Positions 27,561-44,000 of a DNA stretch of 64,000 nt are shown here, piece after piece. The position numbers were made by a program, and so were the translations under genes. The stretch lies in the NCBI RefSeq assembly GCF_009914755.1, contig NC_060929.1; one strand, given 5' to 3'. Below the pieces are notes generated by a model. The model saw only the letters and a list, made by a program, of their open reading frames with translations, did no database searches and was not told where the DNA came from. This stretch comes from the human T2T-CHM13v2.0 reference genome, Homo sapiens. How positions within the stretch are numbered: the stretch's first letter is position 1; each line of letters opens with the position of its first letter.

Positions 27561-30408
27561 GAGCCTTTGTTTGGATTCTCATCATCCCTTTTCCTAGCTT
27601 CTACCCTATCCTCTAATTTGCTTTCCAATTTAAACCAATGTATTCTTTCAAAATAGGGAATTTGATTTTTCCTCTTCATGGCATTGAATTCTGAATGGAA
27701 TTCGGGCATATTCAAAGATAATTAAAAACATTTGGTAATGTATAAAATACTTTAATATTTGGCCCTTACTTATTGGTTATATGCCTCACTCATGGTCTAA
27801 AGACTTGCTAATTTAAATAGCCATGTTTTTATAAATGATCTTTCAATACGCTGGTGAGCTCTCTTTCTTCCTTCAATAACTTGCTCAAAATTTATTTATC
27901 AGTGGAACCTCCATTAGTTTTCTTCAAAAAATAATGCTCATCATTTACACTTCTGTAAATCTTTATACAGGTTAACACTTGTCTTAGGTAGTGTAAACAT
28001 GTGTATACATATCTGGGGAAGCTATACTTTTTGTGCTGTGGATTTGGAAACACTGTTTATCTTTGTGCAGATATCTTATATTTACTACATAATATCACTT
28101 TAGAAATATGATGGTTGGATAATACTAGGAAAAGAAAGATTTTGTGGCAATGACGGATGATTCTCTATCTTTCTAAATATCTTAATTTTACTTAACAAAT
28201 TTATGTCTCCCTTTTATTATTTTCTTTTTATCATCGAATTATGTTATTTGAGATGTAGATGCAGATATAAATATGATCTGGTGGAGCCTCCTCATTCCGT
28301 ACTGTAAAGATAAGGTGCTGTGAATGTCAATGTGATGCATCATTTGGTATTTAAATTGACAGTTAACTCAGTATTTTTGACTGTCTGGTGTGTTCTCCAC
28401 TACATCTTATTATCTAACTAGATCTCTTTCCTTTTTAGCCCTTCTCCCCTGCTTATGTGTGAGATTTTTCAGTGAAACTCAGTAACATTCATAGCCTTTT
28501 CTGGACTAATTCAGGGCATAAAATTAACTCCTCAACCCTAACATAGTTCCTAAAGATTGTATTTAAAGGATTAGGTGACCAAAATATTGGCCAGATTAAG
28601 ACAGAGGAATAACTTGGAAGAAGTGAAATTTGAAAAATCTACAGATAATGAAGATGGAGTGTAGCAGAGCACAAATGTTTCCTTATTCACTTTATCTGGA
28701 AATTCTGCCGTATCATTCATATTCCTGAATATGAGGTGTAGGTGAGGTAAAGAAGAAGTGAGTGATAAGCATCTTAATGTGATGACATCCATAAAATCTA
28801 CATGTCACATTTCATCCAAGAGCAGATTTTCCATTTGAATTATGAACCTCTGCAAATAGGAGACAGAAATGGAAAACCTGGAACATTTATCACTCTGGGC
28901 CCTGGCAGATTGAAATGTGATGACTTCAAAAAAAAGTAAGTTTTGGTTAAGTTCTGAACAGAATTATCAGAAAAAGAGAAGATAATTTTTATAAATGTAG
29001 TGAATACAAATATAGATATTGACTTTAATGTGTCCTTATTTAATCTTATGATATGTACAGAAATATACGTAAATATTATTTTTAGATGATTGTAATCTTG
29101 TGCAACTGTACAGTGGGCATACTCTGCAGGCTTTCGGAGCTACATTGAAAGTCAAAATGTTCAAGTGCCCTGACAAAGTTGTGATGATTTATGAGACACG
29201 ACTCTCTTTCAGTACAGTGTAAGTAAGCCAGTGCTTTAACCTATATATTTGAAAATATTCAGTACAGATTTTCGACTGCCAAAACATCTTTACGTGCTGT
29301 TTCCAAAGTGTTATGTATGTATTTATGCACATCGTGACTTGTTCCAGAAAGGATTAAATGTGACCAAAATACATACACGGCAAAATAAAATCTAACTTGG
29401 CAAGGAAGAGAGTGAATGCAGTGCTGAGTGATATAGAGAAGCGATTGCTTTGATTGGGGGTAAAAGAAGATGTTGGCTAAATATCTTCTTTTATTTCACT
29501 GGGAATCATGTGTATCACGTTTATGAAAATAAATAGATTCCCAAATGCTAGATTGTAGCTAAAAAAATGTTTAAGTTAACAACTTTTATTAGATTTATTT
29601 TATATTTTTCATTTCAATTACAAAATGAATATATTTCCTGCTTAAAAGAAAGTCTAAAGCAGACATATATGAAGTGACAGTCTGGCTCCTGTCTTCTTCT
29701 TCACATATTTTGCTATGCACATATATCTCATTTTTTAAAGTACAAAATTTACTTATAAAGTACATGGAATCATTTTATGAAGTATAAAATATAGAGCAAG
29801 AGTCAATATAGACGCTCTTAGTAGACATGGAAGATCAGATTTCATTTATGTATTTGACGCACATTTATTACATATCTATGATAAACCAAGCTCTCATTTG
29901 GACTTGTTGCAAAACAATGAGGGCGAGATATCAACACATCCTGCCTTCTGAGAAGTGATGGCTAAATGGGAAAAGCAGACATACATTATTCAGATGCACA
30001 CAAAACTATACAATTGCACGCTCTGGGTAAATGCCTTGCAGGAGAATTGTGGACAGGAATAAAGCTAGGGAACCTCACCTACCTGAAGGATCAGGAAATG
30101 TTTCCCTCTTTGTTGTTATCTTGAGCTGAGCTATCATGAATGAGCAGATAAACTGGATAAAGAAGTTGCAGGATTGCAATGGTCGTAAGGTGCTCATGTG
30201 GAAAGAGATGAGTTAATTTGTGGAAACACAATTGGAAAAAGACTAGTTAATTTAAGGAAATATAAAACATGTCAACGTGTTTCAAGTGTGAAGGACAGCA
30301 TTATGAAAAGGAGTTGACATAGATATAGCAAAGGACCAAATCATGCAGCATGAGATAGTGTGGTGGGGGCTTTTGGTGTTTCCATCTCCTTTTCCAACTA
30401 ATCCATTA

Positions 30409-30830
30409 CAGTATTTTCCCCTTATCCATGGGGAATATGTTCCAATATCCCCAGTGGATGCCTAAAATCTTGGATAGCACTGAACCCTATACATATGTAC
30501 TATGCATTAATTTCTTTTTTATTCTTCACAATTTCACAGATAGACCATTCACACTGTCGTACTGTGACAGTTAATCTGATCACAGAGACGGTTACCAAGC
30601 AACTCATGGGTAGGGAGGTTTGACAGCATGGATACACTGGACAAAGGGAAGATTCATGTCATCCAGGGTGGGGAAGAGTGTGTCGGTGTAAGATTTCATC
30701 AAGCTACTCAGAACAACTTAAAATGCAAAAATTATTTACTCTGGAATTTTCCATTTAACATTTTTGGATCATGATTGACCATGGGTAACAAACTACAGAA
30801 ATCATAACTGCAGATAAGGGTGTAGTACTG
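30409..30830 (-). mobile_element. MER44/Tigger7-family DNA transposon derivative
   Basis: TIRs cagtattttccccttatc ... gataagggtgtagtactg; TA TSD at 30407-30408 and 30831-30832. Confidence 0.85.
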
Positions 30831-32411
30831 TATAGAACTTCATTTAGATAAGATGTAAAAATGAGACTCTAATCACGTGTAATGACAACAATTCCAGGGC
30901 TTCTTATTGCTTTTCTTTTGTTTGATTAAGTCCTCACATTAAAGTCTTGGATGTGTCTCAAGTAAGGTAATCACAGTTGTTATTTTTTCAACCATTATTA
31001 CTCACTGAAATAATATATTTTTTATTCTTTCCTTCTGTTAGGCTCAGATGAAATGCTGCTATGTGGTACTAAATTGTTACTCTCTCTACCTAAAGGAAAT
31101 AATTAATAGAATATAAAAAGTTACCAATAACATTTCTCACTTTAATATTTGGAAATATTGTGAAAAGCAAGTTTTACAGTTCTGGGAAATTTTAGGTCCT
31201 AGCAGGGAGTTTATAAATGGAGGCTGCTCTTCAAGATCCCTGTCAAATGAAACTTGTATCTTTGTAAGATTTAAAGGGAAAGTGAGGCCAACAAAACAAA
31301 AGCCAAGGAAAGCAAAATAAATCAAAATAAGCTAACCAGAGAGGAAACAAAACACAATTAGAGGTAATTATTTTGTTTATTTCTGTATTCTAAAAATTTG
31401 TAAATGAAAATAATTTTTCCTTTTCAGTACAAGCTACACTGCCAATTAATCAAAGAGTCTCATGCATGAGGAGAATTTCTTCTTTACAGAAGGATACCAG
31501 ATAATGAATGTATGGTGAATGGCAGGGTTGGGAATAAATGTGTAAGCTTTGAGGGGGTAGATCATCCACAGACACTGAAATCTTTGGGTAAAGGATTAAT
31601 GGAGAACCAAATATTCCCATGCTATCTAACTATCACCCTATATATTATTTGCCTTTTGAGAGGCAAGGCTTTAAGAAAGATAGATCTGCTTCTCACTGCC
31701 TTAAACTGATGATTCGTCCTGGCAACATTAGGATAGGAGGACCAGAATTTTGAGTGCTTGGTGATTTGCAATAATATTCAGTGCACAGTTTCACCCATAA
31801 GATAAAATTGTCAAAGACATATAAACTCTATTGAGTCAAACATCTACCTGTCAACTGTACTGTTCATTTCAACAAGTCAATGTCATGGAAAATAAAGGAG
31901 AGAGAGAGAATTAGGAGACATAGCAAAAAATGTAATCTGTAATTCTCAATTGTTTCTTCTTTGAAGGAAGCATATATACAAATAGGTATGAGAAAAGCTA
32001 TGAATTAGGTAGCAATAGAAAATTAGTATTAAGTGCTAAAATATAACTGTAAAATGCAGGAAACCATTCTCATTTTTAGATGTGTGAATTTGAGTATTTG
32101 AGGGTAAAATATCAAGATATATATGATTGCATTTAAAATTCCTTAGGAAAAATTTATGAAGTATATCCAGCAAACATTTGGAAATTATTTGAAATATACC
32201 TATATATAGTTTCTACATTTATTTCTCTGCTTTTCTCTGTTGGAGGTATTTAAAAATTAAATACATACATACACAAAATTAAACATGTACATGCATGTGT
32301 GTATACATACATATAATCTCCAAAGCATATCAACAGTAAAACTACTTGATATGATGAAAAGAAAGAAAGTAGGAAAGGGGAGGGTAAAGGAGGGAGGGGA
32401 TGGATGGTGAG

Positions 32412-33088
32412 TGCTATGATCTGAATGTCTGTGTCCTTCTAAAATTCTTATGTTGAAACCTAACCCCCAATGTGATGGTATTAGGAGGTAGGACACTTGA
32501 GAGTTGGTTAGATCACGAAGGCAGAGCCTTTGTGAATGGAATTTGTGCCAATTTTCACTTTTTTTTTTCTTACCATGGGGTCCCCCTCTGCCTCTCATGC
32601 TGAAGTGTAGTGGTGTGATCACAGCTCACTGTAACCTTGAACTCCTGGGCTCAAGTAATCCTCCTGCCTCAACTTCCTGAGTAGCCGGGACTAGAGGTGT
32701 GTGCCACCACAGACAGCTAATTTTTTGTGTTTTTAATTTTTTTTGTACAGACAAGGTCTCATTATGTTACCCAGGCTGGTCTCAAACCCCTGGTTTCAAG
32801 TGAGGCTCCCACCTAGCCTCCTAAAGTGCTGGGATTAAAGAAATGAGCCACCATGCCTGGCTGGATTAACACCCTTAAGAAAGAGGCCCCAGAGAGCTGC
32901 CTTGTGCCTTCCACAATGCAGTAACATAGAAAAAAGGTGCCACTTAGGAATGAGGAACTGTGCCCTCACCAGATATGGAATTGGCCTGCACCTTGATGTT
33001 AGACTTCCCAGCCTCTGAGAAATAAATTTTTGTTGTTTACAGTGACCCAATCTATAAGATTCTATATAACAGCCTAAATGAATTAAGA
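32412..33088 (+). mobile_element. MLT1A-like LTR interrupted by AluJ
   Basis: tgctatgatctgaatgtctgtgtcc...gaaataaatttttgttgttta...cagcctaaatgaattaaga. Confidence 0.85.
32552..32862 (-). mobile_element. AluJ
   Basis: Antisense Alu with J-type motifs (cacagctcactgtaaccttgaactcctgggctcaagtaatcctcc). Confidence 0.92.
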
Positions 33089-34403
33089 AGGATAGGAAAG
33101 GGAGGGTAATAAAGCAGAGGGGAGATCATATGTTTAGGAAAAACTTCACATTGCCTTAAAATATCTAGCTTTATTCATGAGGTTTCCATCCATAAATGTT
33201 AAGTATCTTTGGATTCAAAGTCTGTCCATTACAAAAATGTCCATGCAAATTTCAAATTTGTGCCTATGTTTTAACTATTTCTCAATCCTGTTAAACATTC
33301 TCAGCTCCAGTTATTTTCAGAACTTCCAGTTTTCAATTTCTTAACCTGATATTGACTAACATCCAGGTTCTACATGGTACCTGATTCTGCTCTTGTTTTC
33401 TTCCATCTGAACATAGAAACTAACTTGTTTTGTGCAAAGAGAATAATGGAGAGAAGTAACTTATTCCAATCCAATTATAATATAACTTGAAAACCCAGTT
33501 GTAATATGAGTTTTCTAAAGACTTCTGCTGCCCAATGGTATGATTTTACACCCACAGGAAATCCATCTTATTATTTCCCATAAATTGCTATAAGCAGAAC
33601 TTAGAGGTAATAACAATAACTAATATTCATAAACAATTGATATTATTGATGTTAAACTGAATACATAAGATAAATTATGCCCATTTGACAGATGCAGAAA
33701 CTGAGAATCGGAAGTCAACCAGTCTCTCCAGTTTGCTATAAAGAATCTGAGCTAGTTTTTTTTTCAGCTTTTAATGCCTCCAAAATTAATGCACTTTTCT
33801 TCATGACATAGACTCTTTTTAAGACAATATTTAGTTTGCAGATGTCAAAATTATAAATTGTTTTTCATTCAAATAATGACTGCAATATGATTTCCAGGAC
33901 ACACATGAATCCACTGTGAGATACAGCATTTTACTTTTTCTCTGCTATGACCACAAGTTGAGAATTGCTACATTTTCAGGCTACTGTGGGCATTTATCAG
34001 CATGTTTCCAGATGCCTGGGCACCAGGGCTAGGGATCCTCTAGGATCAACATTACAAGGACCTACAGTAGCTTTAATCAGATATACGCAATGGCAGCAAT
34101 TGCCGATGTAGTCTTGGGTTCACACTTGGGAGCTCAAAGAAGCTTCTGTCAATACCCAGGGTATACTTTAGAAAGCTCTTGTTGCACTGTGCCTGAACTT
34201 TGGATTGTGTGCTGACCTTAATTAGCAGCAATACTGAACACTGAGCTCGTTACTGTCTGAATATCACCCTAAGTATTGAGAAAGTCTTACATTTCCTGTA
34301 TATCTAAGTCAGGTGTCAGTAACTGAGGATATATTCTTGCCTCTATAAATTATTCAAAGGTGTGTTTTAAAAATATCTTGGGCATGAAATTCTAAAGTCC
34401 TTC

Positions 34404-34766
34404 TGATTTGGTTTGGCTGTGTCTTCATGCTAATCTCATCTGGAATATAATCTCCCATAATTCCCATGTGTCATGGGAGGGACCTAGTAGGAGGTAATTG
34501 AATCATGGGGGTGGGTATTTCCATGCTGCTCTCATGATAGTGAGTAAGTCTCACGAGATCTGATGGTTTTATAAAGGGAGGTTTCTCTAGGCAAACTCCC
34601 TTGCCTGCTGCCATGTCAGACGTCCCTTTGCTTTTTCTTCATCTTCCTCCATCATTGTGAGACCTCCCCAGCCATGTGGAACTGTGAGTTCATTAAACCC
34701 CTTTCCTCTATAAATTACCCAGTCTCAAGTATGTCTTTATTAGTAGCATAAGAACAGATGAATACA
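34404..34766 (+). mobile_element. THE1 solo LTR
   Basis: tgatttggtttggctgtgtc...gaataca; perfect TSD ccttc at 34399-34403 and 34767-34771. Confidence 0.95.
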
Positions 34767-35989
34767 CCTTCTTACCTTCTATTATTTATTTTTCCTATTT
34801 GTGTGAGCCCCATTTCTAATAGTAGGCTCAGAACAGTTCCATTTATATCCATGAGGACTTTTGTTCATTTGTTTTGGTCCCTATATCTTTCCATACTATA
34901 CTGCTTTTGGGGTGAACAAAGGTCGTGTATTTTACTTGGTGAATATTTCCAGAAAACTCAGCATAATTATTTTAAAAAGAGGCACAATCCTGTGAGAACT
35001 TATCTGAGCCAATTGCCAGGACCACACAGCAAGTTCTGTTACTTTGATCCAAAAGGAGGTCAGTTCCTGCTGATTTTATAGTAAACTAGTAAACACTGAC
35101 TAGAGTCCTGACTATATGGGCTTTTTAATTTAACTTTTATGATATTGTCTCTGAATTCTGAATACATATTTCTGGTTATAATTTTGTAACTCGTATTACC
35201 TGAGATTTGTGCAATCCTTTTGTTGGTTTTTTGAAATCTTTTATTTTTTTAAATCTATTTTATGATAAGACATAAAACTCATTTGCCTTGTCTAAAAATA
35301 TCAAAATGGTAACCTATTTTCTATAATTCTCATGAAAACCTGAGCTCCCATTCTCCTTCTGAATGAGGCTTCTCTTGATACATTGAGCCCTACTGCAAGT
35401 TAATTTTATATTTTCTAAACAAAAAAAAAAAGTCTCCACTGTTTACTGGTACTATGCTTCCCCCAGCGAATGTGTACAGGATTGCTTATCAACATTGTAA
35501 ATTCATCCTTGCTTGTATTGTATGATGTACAAGTAAGGCATGATGTGTAAGCAAGAAAGCATTTTTTAGTCTCAGAAACTCAGTGTCAATTAAAATTATT
35601 ATTTTTTGCTTTATTGTTTACATTCAAAATGAAAAAAATCCTTTTCATGTGGTCATTTCTCAATACAGATATTGAATGCCTTTAAGTAGAGAGCTCAGGA
35701 AATTATCATTTTACCTCCAATGATATTTTAAAACTTTGTCAATATCTTGGTCAATAAAAAAGCTAGTTTTTGTTTATGTTTTGTTCATTTTTGCTTTTAA
35801 TCATAGCTAAGTTTAGAAAAATGAAATCAATGTGTATTGTCAGAATGCAAGTCACAAATAAGAGTTTTCATTTCTTCAGTATGGAAAACTGGATACCCCC
35901 AATGGCCACTCCACATGAAATTAAATATTAAATATTGAAATATAAGAAATGACTCTTAAATGTATGGTGAAGTTCTAATGACAGAATGG

Positions 35990-37930
35990 TGATGAAGAAT
36001 TGTAGTAAGAAAAATAATGAAGGGAAAATAAAGAGAGTTGGTGTATAATGGTTATAATTTTAATTTATTAGGAAGGTACAACAGTTCTAAATGTGTTTGA
36101 AGTTAATCATAGTCTGAAAATAGAGGTGACTCACAAACAAAACACTACACATGGAAAAGAATTATAATATATGGAAGAGATTAGTGCACTCTCTGACCAA
36201 TTGTTTGAGCAAAAATACCATTAAAAAATAAAGATATAGAAAATAGAAAAAGCAAAAATTAAGAACTTGATGTACTTATAGTTCATATATTTCTTTCTTC
36301 CTATTTTAGGGTTCATTATTCTGTATATGCCCAGTAGATCATGCGTGAGATCAATAATAAATGATCAAATGCTAGGCTGCCTGTGTCATAGAATTAGTGT
36401 CATATAGACCACATTACTGAAACATAATCTAATTATGGTAGAAAAATGTCATTCATTTGGACATTAAATCACACAGATAAAATAAACATCTAAACACTTG
36501 TTGTGAAAAGAAAACATTATAATGGATATTCCAAAATATTTCTAGGTGATAAAATTTGTAAAACCATAAAAGTTTTAGATGCGACAAATGAAATGCATTC
36601 ATTTCCTTTGCTGCTGTAAGAAAATTACCATAAACTTAGCATCTTCAACAACAGAAATGCCTTCACAGAGTTCTGGAGATCAGAATTCTGAAATTGGCTT
36701 TAATAAAATAGAAGCAAAGTATTTGCGGACTTGCATTTACTTCTAGAGGTTCTAAGAGAACATCTTTTTCCTTGACTTTGCCAGTTTCTAGAGACCACCT
36801 GTATTACTTGGCTTCTAGCCTCTTTGTTCATCTTCAAAGCCAGCAGCATAGCATCTACCAATCTCTCCGAGTCTGCTTCTGTCTTTCACTTATAGCACCT
36901 TTGCCCTTAGACTGGGCCAACCAGGAAATTCTGAAAGATCTTTCCAGCACGAGTTCTGTAAGCTAATCAATCACACCTGTGAAGTTCCTTTTGTTGTGTA
37001 AGAATGTATTCACAGGTAGGAGGCATTAGGATATGCACATATTTTGGGTGCTGTTGTTCTGCCTAGCAAGAACAATATTCAAAGGACTATTAGACTTATA
37101 AATGCCTTATACTAGAAGGTAAAAAAGCCTCAAAGTTAGTGAACTGAGCTTCCAACCTGAAAAATCTTAGAAAAAAATTCTCAGAATAAAACAAAGTAAA
37201 TTAGTGGGGATGAATTACTAGTAAAAAATATTATAAAAGAAATTATAACAGCAAAGAAAGCTCAACAATGGTAAATATTTCTCTATATATACTAATAAAA
37301 TGGATAATTCTCTGGCAATATTAATCAAGAAAATAAGAAATGTGTTCATTGATAACATTAGAAATAATAAATACTACAGTTGTTGGAGTTTATGCCAATA
37401 AACAAACTTATAACACTAAATTTGAAATTTTAAATGCCATTTATATATTTCTCAAATATCCTTACCAAAATTGACTGAATATTAATTATAAATTGTGAAT
37501 GATTCTATAGCTGGTAAATAAAAAAAATCGATAATTCAGTGCCACCCCCACTGTAAAAACACAAAAAACTAGGCTCTGGTACAATCATTTTCAATGGAAT
37601 TTTACCAAATATTTAATGTTTAAATAATCTGTCTTACATAATAATTCTATAGAAAAGAAAAAGAGTGATTAATCCCCTAGTCATTAGCTGTGTTAGGTTT
37701 AAAAATAAAAATTGATACACATTTCTTAAGAAAGCTAAACTGTAGGCAAATCTCAGCCAATTATACATTTATTAAGGTTTTTATATCTATTACAAATCAA
37801 TCTGAAAATATATTTGGAAAAATATTAAGGAAATTAGCAAAAGCTAAAAAATGATGAGATGATGGACTTACTAGACAAAGTTATAAATAAGCTGTTATAA
37901 ATAAGCTATTACTAATATGTCCAAAGAACT
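35990..37930 (+). mobile_element. Ancient L1M fragments
   Basis: A-rich degenerate L1 coding motifs (ctggcaatattaatcaagaaaa, tatgccaataaa, ttaccaaaattgactgaa); interrupted by MLT1. Confidence 0.6.
36594..37070 (-). mobile_element. MLT1 (C/D-like) LTR
   Basis: gctgctgtaagaaaattaccataaacttagc...ttcacagagttctggagatcagaattctgaaat...attaggatatgcacatattttggg. Confidence 0.85.
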
Positions 37931-38145
37931 AAAGAGAACTTGAAAATGGCTGACTAGATGCAACCGAGAGGAACATCCCCTACTGAAAAATAGGGACATC
38001 AGGAAGATTGGCATGTCTTCAGAGAGAAGGCACTGAGAGTGGAAAAAGGGAAGACGCAGACACTGGACTAAATGAGGAGGAAGCTGGGAACCCTGCACAG
38101 GGCAGCAAAACACTGGGACCTGCTCCTGATTCCCAGTGACTCCCC

Positions 38146-41040
<2,895 letters not shown>

Positions 41041-44000
41041 GAAAGAGGCAAGTTGAACATGTGAGGAGTGGCCAACACTAACCACAGACCTCTGGAATTC
41101 TGGTGCACAACCCACGATCCCATGGACACTTAAGCTAGCAGGAAGAGTTGGTTGGGAAGGTGGCAGGGGAAGGATGCCAGCCTGTATGGAGCCCAAAGAA
41201 TTTGGTTCACGAAGGGTTGTAGTGGAGTATGGCCAGGGAGGCTCATCCTCCAAGGCTTGCCAAGCTCCTTTAGCTGGCTTTAGCTTTTGGGTAGTGTTAG
41301 ACCTGGACAGAGCATGGCCGTCTTGCCCAGGGGATAAGGCCTGTCCTATCTGAGTGGCCCCCTGTCTGCTGGCCTTTCCTGGGGCCCCAACCTGCCCACG
41401 CATGCTTGCAGGGCATATTTGAATGCCCAAGCAGGGTGCTTCCTGGAGGCCCTCATCATAGCTCCTTTCCTGGCAGACCACACCTGACCATCAGAGAGGT
41501 CAGCAAACTGACCTTTGTTGACTCAACCAGCCCACTTTCAGCATCCCCCCCACAGTAGCCTTCCCCTTTTGCCTTGCCGGCACACACTTGCCCACTTTCT
41601 TGAAATCCCATCACTTTGTCAGTATACACACTTGGGTGGACCTTGCCTCCCCTCCTCCAATGGCATGTGTGCACCCTGCTCCCCCACTGTACTGGCAGTG
41701 TCAGTGCATGCCGCCATCCAGATGTCACCACCACCAGCATGCTAACCCCATGGAGGCACAGGCAGCCAGCCATGGTGCTCCCGCCACTACTACCAGTACA
41801 AGTGCATGCATACATGTTGGCACCCTACCCCCCCCAACATGTGGGCACTCTGCCTCACCATTGTTGCAGGCATAAGCATGTGCATGAAGGCCTCTGCCCC
41901 ATTCCTGCCAGTGCCCTGCCCCCAGCTGACAGAGCGCACCCTGATGCATCACTGCAGCTTCTGACACATGCGGGCAAACACAGATTCCACTGCCACCACC
42001 CCTACAGAGCATTTTGGCCAGCACACCTCATCAGAATGTTGGGGCTAGTGGACTGGAATCATCTCAACCTCTTAAATGCAGTAGGTTCATAACTTTGAGC
42101 AGTTAGGGAATAAAGCTGGGGCCTGGTACCAGATCCCAGTGATAGAGCACATAGCCCAAGAGTGCAGAGCTGAGGCTTAGCCCCCTGAAATCTTCCAGAA
42201 TCAAAGCTAGTTGACCTAACATCCCTTATACCAGAATCAAACCCCTAAGGGCATCAAAGAAGATACCAGCAAGAAAACTAAATAAAAAGAACAGAAATAT
42301 CAAAGAGTAAAGGAATAACAGTCTATACAGATAATAAAGAACCAGCACAAGAACTCTGGCAACTCAAAAAGCCAGAATGTCTTCTTACCTCTGAATGACC
42401 ACACTAGCTCCCCCAGCAATGGTTCTTACACAGGCTGAAATGGCTAAAATGACAGACATAGAATTCAGAATATGGATGGGAATGAAGATCATTGAGATTC
42501 AGGAGAAAGTTGAAGCCCAATTTAAAGAATCTGAGGAATATGATAAAATGATACAGGAATGAAAAGACAAAATAACTATTTTTAAGAAAGAACCAAACTG
42601 ATGTGAGAGAACTTAAAAAAAACACTGTAAGAATTTCATAATACAATTGCAAGTATTAACAGCAGAATAGACCATGTAGAGGAAAGAATCTTGGAGCTTA
42701 GACACTGGTTGTCCAAATTAACTCAGTCAAACAAAAACGAACAAGAAAAACAAAACCTCTGAGAAATGTGGGATTATGTAAAGAGACAATATCTACGACT
42801 CATTGGTATCCCTAAAAGAGAGGGAGATGAAGCAAACAACTTGAAAAACATATTTGAGGATATTACCCACAAATATTTCCCAAACTTCACTAGAGAAGCC
42901 AATATGCAAATTCAGCAAATCCAGAGAACCTCTGTGAAATACTATACAGGATGATTATCCCCAAGACACGTAGTCATCAGATTCTCCAAGGTCGATATAA
43001 AAGAAAAATATATTAAAAACAGCCAGAGCAAAGGGCAATGTCACCTACAAAAGGAACCCATCAGGCTAACATCAGATGTTTCAGCAGAAATCTTACAATC
43101 CAGGAGGGATTGTGTGCCTATATTCACTATTATTAAAAAAAAAAAAAGAAACTCTGATCAAGGATTTCATATCCAGCCAAACTAAGTTTTATAAATGAAA
43201 TAGAAATAAGATCCTTTACAGACAAGCAAATGTTAGGAGAATTCCTTGCCACTTTACAAGAGGTCCTTAAGGGTGTGCAAAACAGGAAAATGAAAGACCA
43301 TTACCAACCACCACAAAAACACACTTAAGTACGTAGACCATTGACACAATAAAGCAACTACACCATTAAGTATGCATAATAACCAGATAACTACTTACTG
43401 ACAGGTCCAATTCTGCACATATCAATATTACCCTTGAATGTGAATGAGCTAAATGTCCCAATTAAAAGACACAGAGGGGCAAGTTGGATAAAGAAGCAAG
43501 ACCCAACTGTATGTTGTCTTCAAGACACCCATCTCACATGCAATTGACACCCACAGGCTAAAAGTAAAAGGATGGAGGAAAATCTTCCAAGAAAATGGAA
43601 AACAGAAAAAAAAAGTAAGGATTAATATTTTAATTTCAGACATAACAGACTTTAATCCAACAAAGATTAAATTAAAAAGAAAAAACACAAAGAAGGGTAT
43701 TACATAATGGTAAAGGGCTCAACTCAACAAGAAGACTTAACTATCCTAAATATACATATGCACCCAACAAAGGAGCACCAAGATTCATAAAAGCAAGTTC
43801 TTACAAATCTATGAAGAAACTTAGGTAACCACAAAATAATAATGAGAGACTTCAACACTCCACAGACATTATTAGATCAACCATCAAGGCATAAAACTAG
43901 ATATTCAGGACTCAAACTCGACACTTGACCATATAGACCTAACAGACATCTAAAGAACTCTCCATCCAAAACAACAGAATATACATTCTTCTTGTCTGCG

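Noticed and set aside
32369-33112. taggaaaggg(g)agggtaa on both sides of the MLT1A LTR
   Set aside because: Not flush with the LTR ends and too long for a MaLR TSD; purine-rich low-complexity similarity.
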